Source of the DNA: an uncultured Candidatus Binatia bacterium
GTDB lineage: Bacteria > Desulfobacterota > Binatia > UBA9968 > JAJDTQ01
Assembly: GCA_965215605.1 (NCBI GenBank)
Contig: OZ244070.1
Coordinates: 736,001-800,000, forward strand
Direction of reading: 5' to 3'
DNA length: 64,000 nt
Shown here: piece by piece, positions 50,533 through 60,906 of the stretch
Position numbering within the stretch: position 1 is the stretch's first letter
How the letters are laid out: every line of letters begins with the position of its first letter
Notes under the pieces: model-generated
Database searches by the model: none
The model's input: the letters and a program-made list of their open reading frames with translations, nothing else
Told to the model about the DNA's origin: nothing
Program-made: the position numbers and the translations under genes

Positions 50533-51744
50533 TCAGGCAGATGATACTGCTGTCTCCAAACCGTCCTCCAGGCGCTGCTTGATCCGTTGCAGGAAGCGGG
50601 CGCCGATGGCGCCGTCCACGACGCGGTGGTCGGCGGAAAGGGTCATGGTCATCATGGCGCGGATGGCGATGTCGTCGCCGTGGGGGACCACGCGGGGCGC
50701 CACACGGCCCACGGCCAGGATGCCGCATTGCGGCGGGTTGATGATGGCGGTGAAGCTGTCGACGCCGAACATGCCGAGGTTGGATACCGTGAAGGTGCCG
50801 CCCTGGTAGTCCGTGGGCATCAGCTTGCGGTTCTGGGCCTGGGCGGCCAGCTCACGGCTGCGTAGCGCCAGCTCCTCCAGGGGAACCTTGTCGGCATTGC
50901 GGATCACGGGGACCACGAGGCCTTCGTCCACGGCAACGGCCACGCCGAGGTTCACTTCGCCGTACTGTTCGATTCCCTTGTCCGTCCACGACGCGTTCAT
51001 GGCCGGTGATTCCGCCAGCGCCCGGCCCACGGCCTCCAGGATGAAGTCATTGACGGACGGCACGGGCTGGGCCCCTTGCTGCTTCAAAGCGTCGCGCCGG
51101 GCCTCGACGCCGGTCATATCCACTTCCATGTTCAGGTAGAAGTGTGGCGCCGTCTGCTTGCTCGACGTCATGCGTTCGCCCATCAAACGGCGCATGCGGC
51201 TGAGAGGGACGGAACGCCCGGCACCGGCTTCCGCGGCCGCGGCGCCCGGAGCCAGGGGAGGCACGTCACGCGCCATCACCGCGCCCTCCGGCCCGGTGCC
51301 CGTCAGACCGGCGAGGTCGAGGCCCTGCTCTTTCGCCAGCCGTTTGGCCGCCGGAGATGCGAGAGTCCGGCCGGTTTGATGATTTGCCGCGGTCGATGCA
51401 GCGACAGTCGCCGGGGCCTTCGTCGGCTTCCGCGTTGACGCGCGACCCTTGCGCTTGCCTCGGCGCGGAGGGCTCGCGGATTTTTCCGGCGCGGATCCCG
51501 CCTCGGCCGGTTCCATGATGAGCCCGATGGTCTGTCCCACGGGGATGTCGTCGTCCGGCGCCGCGGTGACCTGGGCCAGGATTCCGGAAGCGGGTGCCTC
51601 CACCTCCACCACGGACTTGTCCGTCTCCACCTCCATCAGCATCTCGCCCTTGGTGACGGAGTCCCCTTCCTGCTTGAACCAGCGCACCAGTCGACCCGTC
51701 TCCTGGGTCGCTCCCATGGCCGGCATGATCACGTTCACCGCCAT
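50533..51744 (-). CDS. dihydrolipoamide acyltransferase (E2) of a 2-oxoacid/acetoin dehydrogenase
   Basis: Lipoyl ETDKS, E3-binding ASPAAKRLA...GTGPEG, GGTFTVSNLG and DHRVVDG. Confidence 0.93.
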   Translation of the reverse strand: MAVNVIMPAMGATQETGRLVRWFKQEGDSVTKGEMLMEVETDKSVVEVEAPASGILAQVTAAPDDDIPVGQTIGLIMEPAEAGSAPEKSASPPRRGKRKGRASTRKPTKAPATVAASTAANHQTGRTLASPAAKRLAKEQGLDLAGLTGTGPEGAVMARDVPPLAPGAAAAEAGAGRSVPLSRMRRLMGERMTSSKQTAPHFYLNMEVDMTGVEARRDALKQQGAQPVPSVNDFILEAVGRALAESPAMNASWTDKGIEQYGEVNLGVAVAVDEGLVVPVIRNADKVPLEELALRSRELAAQAQNRKLMPTDYQGGTFTVSNLGMFGVDSFTAIINPPQCGILAVGRVAPRVVPHGDDIAIRAMMTMTLSADHRVVDGAIGARFLQRIKQRLEDGLETAVSSA

Positions 51745-51816
51745 CGCCTTCAGCTTCTGTAGCCCGGGATAGAGACGGGGCAGGAGCCGCACGGCCCCTG
51801 CCCGGGTTGGTTCGGA

Positions 51817-52335
51817 TTACTCGTAGGAAACGCCGGGGATGGGCTTCTCCAGAACTTCCTCCAGGGTGGTGGCGCGGGACCACTGCTCGGCCGGCCGGCT
51901 CTCGCCCTCCCAGCCGATCTGGTCCATGGTGGCGTAGAGCTCGATCTGGAAGCCGTCCGGATCGAGGAACTCCACGCCCGGGTTGCAGCCCGGACCCCTG
52001 CGGCCTTCGTACACGATGGGCACGTTGTTGGCCTTCAGGAATTCGCGGATCTTGAACAGCTCGGTGACGCTCCCCACCTCCAGGGCGAAATGGTTGAACG
52101 CCACCTGGTCCGGCTCGGGCTGCCCCTTGTTGGACTTGGACGGGAACAGCGCAACCGTATGGTGATCCGACGCGTTGCGAAGAAAGATCATGCCGCGCTC
52201 GTTGACGTCGGACACCTGGAAGCCCATGATCTCCGTCCAGAACTTCGTGCTGCGCTCCAGGTCGCTCACGTTGAACACCACGTGCCCGATCTTCTTGACC
52301 TTGATGGGTGTCGTTTCCTCACTGATCATGTTCAT
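51817..52335 (-). CDS. VOC family protein (extradiol dioxygenase-like domain)
   Basis: IGHVVFNV, DHHTVAL, NHFALEV and FLDPDGFQIE. Confidence 0.87.
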   Translation of the reverse strand: MNMISEETTPIKVKKIGHVVFNVSDLERSTKFWTEIMGFQVSDVNERGMIFLRNASDHHTVALFPSKSNKGQPEPDQVAFNHFALEVGSVTELFKIREFLKANNVPIVYEGRRGPGCNPGVEFLDPDGFQIELYATMDQIGWEGESRPAEQWSRATTLEEVLEKPIPGVSYE

Positions 52336-52397
52336 CTCCTTTCCCTACAGGCACGGGGAGTCTCTGGACCCCGGTGGCCCGCGTTCTTGGCGGTTTC

Positions 52398-52727
52398 CTA
52401 GTCGATGTGGACGAAAGCCCTGGCCCAGTTGTCCGGCGCCAGCGTGTGCCCCTGCCCGGTAACGTCCTCTGCCAGGAACACGTCGCCGGCCACGAAGGTC
52501 CGCGACGTGCCATCACCCACGCGGATCTCGGCGGAGCCCGCGAGAGTAATGCAGTATTGCCGGCGCGGCGCCGTGTGAAAGTCTCCCAGATGGGTCGCGG
52601 GATCGTTCTTCAACACCAGGCCGGTGACCGGCAGGGTTTCGAAGAAATGGCCGCCGTCCGCACTCGTGTCCATATCCTCGAAATGGGACTGGCCGTCGTC
52701 CCCGGTAAACAATCGAACGAACTGCAC
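52398..52727 (-). CDS. small cupin-like protein
   Basis: RLFTGDDGQSHFED, FHTAPRRQY and LAEDVTGQGH; GTG start with GGAGG RBS. Confidence 0.8.
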   Translation of the reverse strand: MQFVRLFTGDDGQSHFEDMDTSADGGHFFETLPVTGLVLKNDPATHLGDFHTAPRRQYCITLAGSAEIRVGDGTSRTFVAGDVFLAEDVTGQGHTLAPDNWARAFVHID

Positions 52728-52874
52728 GGTGAACCTCCTGTGTGTCCGAAGGCGCGGCGCGGCGCGTCCCCCTTTGTACGCCTTCGGGCACGGGTAGATC
52801 AATCGCCGGCCGCGCCACAGGTTTGTCCGGGCCGGTGTGTTATACTCGCCGCCATCCAAAACCGGGAGGCTTCC

Positions 52875-53636
52875 ATGCGACTCAAGGACAAGGTCACCAT
52901 CATCACCGGGGGCGGACACGGGCTCGGCAAAGCCTACGCCAGGCGGTTTGCGGAGGAAGGCGCTCGGGTGGTCATCGCCGACATCGACGCCGCCGCGGGC
53001 GAAACCGTGGCCCAGGAACTGACCCAGTCGGGTCAGTCCGGATGGGCCCGGGCCACCGACGTCACGAAATACGACAGCATCGAGGGGCTGGTGGCGGAAA
53101 CCCTCGACCGGTTCGGCCGCATCGACGTGCTGCTCAACAACGCCGCCATCTACGTGACCCAGACAATGTGGATGGGCCGGGTGGAGGACTGCCCGCTGGA
53201 CGAGTGGGACCGGGTCATGGAGGTGAACCTCAAGGGCGTCTTCCTGTGCTGCCGCGCGGTCATTCCCGTGATGAAGGAGCAGAAGTCCGGCAAGATCATC
53301 AACATCGCGTCAGGCACCTTCCTGAACGGCACCAGCAACATGCCCCACTACACCAGCTCCAAGGGCGGCGTAGTCGGCCTCACCCGGGTCATGGCCAGGC
53401 AGCTCGGGGACTGGAACATCAACGTCAACTGCATGACCCCCGGCTCCACCATGAGCGAGGACGTGATCACCGACGAGATTCGCAAGCGACGGTCCGACAG
53501 CGCCGGCCGCCGGGCCTTCAAGCGCATACAGGTTCCCGAGGACGTCACCGGCACCGCGCTGTTCCTGGCCAGCGCCGACAGCGACTTCATGACCGGGCAA
53601 CTGCTGGTGGTGGAGGGGGGCGGGATCATTCATTAG
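52875..53636 (+). CDS. short-chain dehydrogenase/reductase
   Basis: TGGGHGLG, NNAA, NIAS and YTSSK. Confidence 0.93.
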   Translation: MRLKDKVTIITGGGHGLGKAYARRFAEEGARVVIADIDAAAGETVAQELTQSGQSGWARATDVTKYDSIEGLVAETLDRFGRIDVLLNNAAIYVTQTMWMGRVEDCPLDEWDRVMEVNLKGVFLCCRAVIPVMKEQKSGKIINIASGTFLNGTSNMPHYTSSKGGVVGLTRVMARQLGDWNINVNCMTPGSTMSEDVITDEIRKRRSDSAGRRAFKRIQVPEDVTGTALFLASADSDFMTGQLLVVEGGGIIH

Positions 53637-53704
53637 GCGGAAGCAAGCGAGGAGCGCTCTCGTGCGGAAGGTCCTGACGTCTTCGACAACGATCATGAAG
53701 CGTT

Positions 53705-54601
53705 TCATTGACAGCAACCGGCCTGCGATTCCGTGTCCCACACCAGCTTGAGACTCCCGCACGGTTCCCCGATCTCGCCCCGCGCCCGCTCCGGCGGATA
53801 GCCCAGACAGTTTGAGACGTAGCGCACGCCGTCGATGAGCCGGTCGCGGTTGCGGTGCTGGTGGCCGTGGACGTGGACGACCGAGCCCAGCGCCCGGAGC
53901 TGGGCCTCGATCCGCGTGCTGCCGGCGACCCGGCTGAAGTTGAAACGGATGGCGCGGCCGGCCCGGGCGGGCGGGGACGCCGGCGAGCGGAACATCACCT
54001 CCCGCCTGGGCAGGAAGTGGCTGAACGACAGCACCGGGGCGTCGTACTCGCGACCGAGGTGAGGCTCGTTCATGTCGAGAAAGTAGTCCGCCGCCGACAG
54101 CCGTTCCGGCCACCGGGTCAGGACTTCATCCGCCCACATGGAGAGGCCCGAGTCGTCACCTTGTCTGGGGACGTAAAGGCTCTCGTCGCCCTGCTCGGGT
54201 TTCACGTACCACGAGAACAGCGGCACCACCCACGCTCCGGGATCGCCGGAGCCGCTGGCCACCTTGGCAGGACTCGTGGCAACGTCAAGGCCGGCGCACA
54301 ACCGCATGATCTTTCCGAACTTGGCCACGGAGTCTCCCTGCTCACCGCGCCGGAGCCAAAGCTCGTGGTTCCCGGGAACGAAGAAGACGTGGGCGAACCG
54401 TTCACGGAGGCCTCGGAGAACACGTGCCAGCCTGGCGAGGTCGTCGGTCACGTCGCCCGCCAGCAGCAACGTGTCATGCTGGTGGTCCTCGGCGTGAAGC
54501 GCTTGTATCAAGGCCATGTTCTGCGGGTAGTCCGCGTGCACGTCGGATATGGCGAAAATACGCATGGCGGGTCTCGGGGCAAGTTCTTCATCCGCCTTCA
54601 T
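53705..54601 (-). CDS. calcineurin-like metallophosphoesterase
   Basis: SDVH, AGD, PGNHE, SHFLP and HGHQH; start may be 54565. Confidence 0.88.
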   Translation of the reverse strand: MKADEELAPRPAMRIFAISDVHADYPQNMALIQALHAEDHQHDTLLLAGDVTDDLARLARVLRGLRERFAHVFFVPGNHELWLRRGEQGDSVAKFGKIMRLCAGLDVATSPAKVASGSGDPGAWVVPLFSWYVKPEQGDESLYVPRQGDDSGLSMWADEVLTRWPERLSAADYFLDMNEPHLGREYDAPVLSFSHFLPRREVMFRSPASPPARAGRAIRFNFSRVAGSTRIEAQLRALGSVVHVHGHQHRNRDRLIDGVRYVSNCLGYPPERARGEIGEPCGSLKLVWDTESQAGCCQ

Positions 54602-54886
54602 AACAGTTCCGTCTTGTGATCCGTAGACGCCTTGGATATGATCCGGTCCGGCCCTGAAACGGGCTGAACCTCCTGGTGATGGCCCTGATGATCATTTTCC
54701 CGGCGCTGGTGCTGTGGCTGCCGGGGCTGATGAACTGAGCCCTCGGCCATCCCTTCCCGTTCCCGCCCGGATCCAGCGAACCAGCCCTAAAGTTTTCGAT
54801 GGTTCCGTCGATCTTCTCATACAGAGGGGCCGGGTTTCCATGAACCCGGCATGACCAAAACGTTCTTGCGCAAAGGAGGTGTCAAG

Positions 54887-55534
54887 ATGCGCAAAGGTAT
54901 GAGAGTCGGTTGGCGCGGACTGTTGTCCGCCGCGGTGTTCGGTATGATCCTGGGCGGGGTCTATCCCGCGTGGGGACAGAACATCTTCATCAACGAGGTC
55001 CATTACGACAACCGCGGCACGGACGCGGACGAGGGCCTCGAGGTGGCCGGGCCCGCGGGCACCGACCTGAAAGGATGGAGCCTCGTTCTCTACAACGGCA
55101 AGAACGGAAAGCCGTACCGGACCGTTCCGCTGGAGGGGTCCTTTGCCGACCAGCAGGGAGGCTACGGCACATTGTCGTTCCCCATCAGCCGCATCGAGAA
55201 CGGCGCCCCGGACGGTATCGCGCTGGTCAACGCCGCCGACGAAGTGGTTCAGTTCCTGAGCTACGAGGGCGGCTTCACCGCCGCTTCGGGACCCGCCCAA
55301 GGTCTTGCGGCCACGGACATAGGCGTCCGGGAATCCAACAACACGCAGGCCGGCCATTCGCTCCAACTCAGGGGCTCGGGCAACTCGCCCGGCGACTTCG
55401 CCTGGCACGGACCCGGCCAGGCCACCCCCGGCCTGGTGAACGCGGACCAGACCTTCGTGGCCTCGCCGCGGGAAACCACCGGCGGCGGGCAGACCGGTTC
55501 CGCCCCCGTGGAGGTGGTGAAGGAGAGCCGCTGA
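54887..55534 (+). CDS. secreted lamin-tail-like domain protein (domain found at the N-terminus of extracellular nucleases), stand-alone
   Basis: Signal peptide, IFINEVHYDN, LYNG, IENGAPDGIAL, QFLSYEG and ATPG; AAGGAGGT RBS. Confidence 0.75.
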   Translation: MRKGMRVGWRGLLSAAVFGMILGGVYPAWGQNIFINEVHYDNRGTDADEGLEVAGPAGTDLKGWSLVLYNGKNGKPYRTVPLEGSFADQQGGYGTLSFPISRIENGAPDGIALVNAADEVVQFLSYEGGFTAASGPAQGLAATDIGVRESNNTQAGHSLQLRGSGNSPGDFAWHGPGQATPGLVNADQTFVASPRETTGGGQTGSAPVEVVKESR

Positions 55535-55702
55535 GTCGAGGCCTGCCCCGGCTTGGCGGAGATATGGGCTTCCCGCGCCGCAGCGGGAAGCCCCCTTTTC
55601 ACGAGTCCGGCAACGGTCCTGCCGTTGACGCACCATGGTCCTTCCAGTAACGTAAGGCCGTCGACGTCGGTCGGGAATACACACTCGGAAGGAACGAAAC
55701 CC

Positions 55703-56563
55703 ATGGCAAAGTTTCGCATACAGCCGCACGGCAGACTCCAGGAGTGGGTGGCGCATGAACTGGGGTATTTCACGGACGAGGGGCTGGATTACGATTTCGT
55801 CTTCGGCATCGTTTCGCAGCAGTCCGAGAAGCCCAAGGAAGTCCGTCACGGCGCCCTCGAAGACATGAAGGAAGGACGGGCCTGCGACGTGAGCTCGGCC
55901 TGTCACTGGATGGTCAACGTGGCCGCCACCGGGCAGCACGGCCGCATGTGGGGACACGCCTACTCGGTGACGCCCTCGGGCATCTTCGTGCCGCCGGAAT
56001 CCGACATCCGCAAGCCCCGGGACCTGGCCAACGTCGAGATCGCGGTGGGATACCACTCCGGGAGCCACTTCTCGGCGCTGCAGGCGCTGGAGGCCATCCT
56101 CGACTCCTCCGAGGTGAAGCTGCAGTTCGCCGGCCGGCCGTTGGACCGCATGGCGCGGCTGCTGGAACGCGATGTGCCGGCCGGCAACGTCTTCGGCGCG
56201 CCCATGTACGTGCTGGAGCAGCAGGGTTTCCGGAAGATCGTCGATACCACATTCATGATCGGCTTCCTGCTGGAGCCGGAGGCCGACGAAGAGGAGGCGA
56301 GGAAGTACTTCAACGCGCTGCAACGCGCGCAACGCGACATCGACATGGAGCCGGAGCGCTACCGGCACTATCTCCTGAAGGAGATCCCCGAACGCTACCA
56401 CGAGCTGGTGGACGTCAACGCGATGGGGGTCGGCGAGCGCATGGTCTTCGAGCCCTACACCCGGGAAGTGTACGAGAAAACGCACCGCTGGATCGCGACC
56501 CGGAACCTCTTCAGCGCCGACACGCCCCTCGACGAGCCCTACGAGTCCGCCGTGGCGCTATAG
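55703..56563 (+). CDS. NMT1/SsuA-like substrate-binding-fold protein without signal peptide
   Basis: ELGYFTDEGLD, SSACHW, IAVGYHSGSHFS and GFRKIVD. Confidence 0.7.
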   Translation: MAKFRIQPHGRLQEWVAHELGYFTDEGLDYDFVFGIVSQQSEKPKEVRHGALEDMKEGRACDVSSACHWMVNVAATGQHGRMWGHAYSVTPSGIFVPPESDIRKPRDLANVEIAVGYHSGSHFSALQALEAILDSSEVKLQFAGRPLDRMARLLERDVPAGNVFGAPMYVLEQQGFRKIVDTTFMIGFLLEPEADEEEARKYFNALQRAQRDIDMEPERYRHYLLKEIPERYHELVDVNAMGVGERMVFEPYTREVYEKTHRWIATRNLFSADTPLDEPYESAVAL

Positions 56564-56761
56564 CGCTCCCTGATTCGCCTTCCCGACAACGGCAGTCCCG
56601 GCCCCGTCGCCGGCGGCTGCCGTTTCATTTTCGGCCGCCCTGCCCGATGCAACACTCGGTTCTTCTCTTGCAAGCCGCTGTCAAGACGCAGTAGATTGGC
56701 CTTCTCGCCACCTGCCGCCACAGACGGACCCGCGAAGACGCCGGGCCATCAGGAGGATCTC

Positions 56762-57626
56762 ATGGCCATCAATGCTCGACCGATCGCCTCGCCGGACGCG
56801 GACTACGCCCTCATCGACTCCGACGCGCACGTGGTGGAGACGGAACGGACCTGGGAGTTCATGGATCCGGAGGACGAGAAGTACCGCCCGGTATTGGCGG
56901 CGCATCCCACCGACCCCCACGTCCAATGGTGGATCATCAACGGACAGGCTCGGGGCTTCCGGTTCGTGACACTCACCGAGGAAGAGATGGCCGAGCGGTC
57001 CCGCGAGCAGGGCCGGGACCTGGTGACCCCCATCGGCTCCCGCGAGGACGACGTGGAACGGCGCCTCCGGCACATGGATCGTCTGGGCATCGACACCCAA
57101 GTGCTGTTCCACACCCTGTGGACGGTGCCCACCACCGACCGGCCGGAGGTGGAGCTGGCGCAACGGCAACCAGGACATCATCGATATCACGAGGCCGGCC
57201 TATGATCCCGCCGCCTTCGGCCTGATGCGGTTCCGCCTCATGACCGCGGGCTCGTGCGAGGGCCTGATCGAGAGCCAACTGCCGCTCAAGTTTCCCGATC
57301 TCCGCTGGGCCTTCATCGAGGCCGGCTCCATGTGGCTGCCCTGGATGCTGCACGAGGCCAAGCGCCGCAGCCTGCAGCGCGGCACCCCCTTGCCCGACGA
57401 CGTGCTCAAGGAGTTCAACATCTTCGTCACCTGCCAGAACGACGACGAGCTGGCCTACACCCGCCGGTGCGGACCGGACAACCTCGTCATCGGCAGCGAC
57501 TACGGCCACTACGACGGCTCGAGCCAGATGGACGCCTTGCGCGTGATGCGGCAGCGGACGGACATCGACGAAGAGTCGAAACGGAAGATCCTGAACGACA
57601 ATCCCAAGAGGTTGTGGCGGTTGTAG
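56762..57626 (+). pseudogene. amidohydrolase-2 pseudogene (internal deletion plus frameshift near 57160)
   Basis: N-half IDSDAH...EVELA and C-half FIEAGSMW...GSDYGH are in different frames; the central part seen in paralogs at 41329 and 43945 is missing. Confidence 0.8.
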
Positions 57627-57714
57627 TACACTAAAACCCCGCGGCGCGTTGCCCATCGGGTAGCCAGGACGAGCGCGCCGAGGCGGCGCCATGACGTGCC
57701 CTTGGGCTCGTCCG

Positions 57715-58857
57715 TCAAAGGCGGGTGTTTTCGATCTCCAGACCCAGAGCATGCTTCCCGGCCAGGTCGTAGGCGACTTGGCGCGCCTGCGCATGCTGGC
57801 TGATCACATGCAGGTCCTGGAAGTGGCGCTGGATGATGTTGCCTTCGTAGATGACGGTGGTGCCGGAGGCGTTGTAGAGCTGCTCCACCACATGCACCGC
57901 GACCCGAATGCAATGGGTCGTCGCCAACCGCAACGCAACCCGCCGGTCCAGGGTGAACGCTTCCTCCGACGCGGCTTCGTCCCACAGTGCGCGGACCGCG
58001 TCACGCAGATAAGCCCGACCAGACGCAAGGGCGGCCAGGGTCTGGCCCACCGTCGCCTGCACCGCCGGCTGGTCGCGCAGCAGGGCCCGCATGGAGTGGG
58101 GCGTCTTGGCTCCGGCCAGCTCCATGAACGCGTCCAGGCACGACCGGGCCGCCCCCAAGGCGAGGGCGGCGTCACCGCACGCGAACAGCAGGACGGTGGA
58201 GAGCCGGTAGAGCGCACCGGGCTCCACCACAGGGGCGCCGCGCTGGCGCACCGTACGCTCGGCCGGAACGAAGGCGCCGTCCACCGCAAAGTCGTTGGTG
58301 CCGGTGCCGCGCATGCCGCGGACCTTCCATGTATCCAGCACCGTCACCTCGGCCGCGGGCACGAACAGGAATTTCTGCACCGGCTCACCGTTGTCCGGGA
58401 TCCACGCCCGGGCGGCGAACCATGACGCGTGCCGGCAACCGGAGCTGAAACGATGACGCCCGGTGACGCGGTACCCGCCCGGGATCGGCGCCGCTTCCGA
58501 CGTGGGCATGGCGGTGTTGGCCACCACACAGCGCGGCGTGTCGGTCCAGATCTCCCGGGCGATCTCATGGGGCATGCGCGCCGCGTAAGTGGCGAAGATC
58601 GAACACTGGTTGACGATCCACGCGGCGCTGGCGTCGGCCTCGCCAAGCTCCCCCAGGACCTCGATGTAGGACGGCAGGTCGATCTCGACGCCGCCCAGCG
58701 ACCGCGGCAGCGCGAGCTTGAACAGCCCGGCGTCCGCCAACTCGTCGAACAGTGCCCGCGGCAACTCGCGCTCCGCCTCGATCCGGTCGGCGCAGGATCG
58801 GATCGTCGAGGCCAGCGCCCTGGCGGCGTCCAGCATGGGATGGTTCGTGGATGACAT
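57715..58857 (-). CDS. acyl-CoA dehydrogenase-like flavin-dependent monooxygenase (HsaA-type oxygenase component)
   Basis: LPRSLGG, FSSGCRHA, DTWKVRGMRGTGT and QRHFQDLH. Confidence 0.85.
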   Translation of the reverse strand: MSSTNHPMLDAARALASTIRSCADRIEAERELPRALFDELADAGLFKLALPRSLGGVEIDLPSYIEVLGELGEADASAAWIVNQCSIFATYAARMPHEIAREIWTDTPRCVVANTAMPTSEAAPIPGGYRVTGRHRFSSGCRHASWFAARAWIPDNGEPVQKFLFVPAAEVTVLDTWKVRGMRGTGTNDFAVDGAFVPAERTVRQRGAPVVEPGALYRLSTVLLFACGDAALALGAARSCLDAFMELAGAKTPHSMRALLRDQPAVQATVGQTLAALASGRAYLRDAVRALWDEAASEEAFTLDRRVALRLATTHCIRVAVHVVEQLYNASGTTVIYEGNIIQRHFQDLHVISQHAQARQVAYDLAGKHALGLEIENTRL

Positions 58858-58930
58858 CACAGCCCTAGTGTCCTGTCTGGAGCAGCGCGGATCGAACCTT
58901 CGTCCAACTTGTTCCACTCATGCGCGGGTG

Positions 58931-60241
58931 TCAACTCAGCATGAGCCGGGGCAGAGTCAACACCAGGGCGGGAAAGGCGATCATGACCGCCAGATTCAAC
59001 ATGTCGAGGAGCACAAAGGGAAAGCAGCTCTTGTAGATCTCCACCATGGAAGCGTCCGGCACCACCCCCTTGAGCACGAACAACTGCAGACCGAAGGGCG
59101 GCGTGGTGTTGGCGACTTCCATGTTCAGAAGCATCAGGATGCCGAACCAGATGGGATCGAACCCGAGTTGGGCGGCCAGCGGGAAGTAGATGGGCACGGT
59201 GATCATCATGATGGAAATCTGGTCCACGAACATGCCCAGCACGAGCACGATCAGCATCATGAGCACCAGGATCACCACCGGCGAGGCCGGGAGGCCCGAC
59301 ACCAGCTCCACGAGACCACGGCTGGCTCCAGTGAACGCCAGCACCTGGCTGAAGGCATTGGACGCCAGGATGATCATGAGCACCACGACCGAAACCCGCA
59401 CGGTGCTCATCACCGCCTGCACCATGACCTTGAACGTCAGGCTGCGGTACATGGCGGCCACCAGGGCCGTGCTCAGCACCCCCAGGGCCGCCGCCTCCGT
59501 GGGCGTGGCCACGCCGATGAAGATCACCCCCAGCACCATGAACACGATGAGGCTCAGGGGCGCCAAGTGCAGCAGGCTCACGAGCTTCTCTCGCGTGGAC
59601 ACATGCGCGACGTCGTAGATGGGTGCCGACGCGGGACGCAGCTTGGCCCGGATGACGATGTAGGCCGCGTAAAGGCCGGCCATGAAGAGACCCGGGCCGA
59701 TGCCGGCGATCAGGAGCTTGCCGATGGAGATCTCCGCGAGGCTGCCCAGCAAGACGCCCATGGCCGTGGGCGGGACGATGGCCGCGAGACCGCCGGCCGC
59801 CGATATGGGGCCCACGGACATCAGGTAACTGTAACCCCTGCGTCGCATCTCCGGCACCAGCGTCGTCCCCAGCATGGCGGTGGTGGCCATGCTGGAGCCG
59901 CTGAGGGTGGAGAAGAGCGTGCCGCCGCTCACCGCCAGAAGGCTGAGCCGCCCGGGTATGCCGCCGATCCACTTGTCCAGGGCATCAAGGGTGCGCACCG
60001 CAAGCCCTGATCGGAACATGATCTCGCCCATGAGGATGAAGAGCACCACCGGGGCCAGCACGAAGCTCGCCAGGGTGGCGAAGGCGCTGGTCGCCATGAG
60101 CCGCAGCGCCGGGAAGCCCCCCATGAACAGGTAGAAACCGCCGATGTTGATCAGGAGAAAGGCGAACGCCACCGGCGTGCCGGCCACGAACAGGACCATC
60201 AGCACGCCGAGCATCAAGGCCAGGACTTCGTACCACTCCAT
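58931..60241 (-). CDS. dctM: TRAP transporter large permease
   Basis: LFILMGE, SGSSMA, IVPPT, ATPTEAA and TPPFG. Confidence 0.92.
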   Translation of the reverse strand: MEWYEVLALMLGVLMVLFVAGTPVAFAFLLINIGGFYLFMGGFPALRLMATSAFATLASFVLAPVVLFILMGEIMFRSGLAVRTLDALDKWIGGIPGRLSLLAVSGGTLFSTLSGSSMATTAMLGTTLVPEMRRRGYSYLMSVGPISAAGGLAAIVPPTAMGVLLGSLAEISIGKLLIAGIGPGLFMAGLYAAYIVIRAKLRPASAPIYDVAHVSTREKLVSLLHLAPLSLIVFMVLGVIFIGVATPTEAAALGVLSTALVAAMYRSLTFKVMVQAVMSTVRVSVVVLMIILASNAFSQVLAFTGASRGLVELVSGLPASPVVILVLMMLIVLVLGMFVDQISIMMITVPIYFPLAAQLGFDPIWFGILMLLNMEVANTTPPFGLQLFVLKGVVPDASMVEIYKSCFPFVLLDMLNLAVMIAFPALVLTLPRLMLS

Positions 60242-60248
60242 CTCGTGC

Positions 60249-60797
60249 TCAGAGGGAATCCTGGCCTACGGGACCTGGTCCGTCCGGAACCGGTCCGCCG
60301 CGGCGCAGCACCCCGACGTTGTGCCACGCCTGACGCAGGAACTCGATGAACAGCAGGAGGCCGCCGATGAAGATGGGAAGGATCAGCGGCCAGCGCTTGA
60401 CCCGCCACGCCTTCAGCTCCGCATGGCCGCCCAGGTAGGAATCCCAGGTCTCCCAGGCGCCTTCCCACGCCAGCACCACCGCGCCCAGCGCCGCCACCAG
60501 CGGCACCAGGATGGCCAGGATCAGCTGCGTCCTCGGCCCGAGCCTTTCCACCACGATCTCCACGCGCGTGTGTGCGTGGTCGCGCAGCACCCAGGGCGCT
60601 CCCAGCATGGTAATATAGACCAGTGAATATTCGGTGAGGTCCACCGCCCAGATGGTGGGGTTGTTGAAGAAGTAACGCGCCACCACCTCGTAGAGCACCG
60701 AGAAGGTCACCGTCACCACCAAAAGCCCCGCCAGGTAGGCGAAGCCGTTCAGCAGCGAGTCCCAGGCCCGCTCCAGAGTCTGCCCGAGTTGCGGCAT
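60249..60797 (-). CDS. dctQ: TRAP transporter small permease
   Basis: Four TM segments, EVVARYFFNNPTIW and HTRVE. Confidence 0.9.
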   Translation of the reverse strand: MPQLGQTLERAWDSLLNGFAYLAGLLVVTVTFSVLYEVVARYFFNNPTIWAVDLTEYSLVYITMLGAPWVLRDHAHTRVEIVVERLGPRTQLILAILVPLVAALGAVVLAWEGAWETWDSYLGGHAELKAWRVKRWPLILPIFIGGLLLFIEFLRQAWHNVGVLRRGGPVPDGPGPVGQDSL

Positions 60798-60906
60798 GTT
60801 GAGGTTTGATCCCCCGGCGGGCCGTCCGCGGCGCGCGCGGAAGGCCCGGCGGGTCTTTCACCGCCTGAGGGCGTGAAGAAGCGCCCCGTGCCGTAGTGCT
60901 TTCGCT

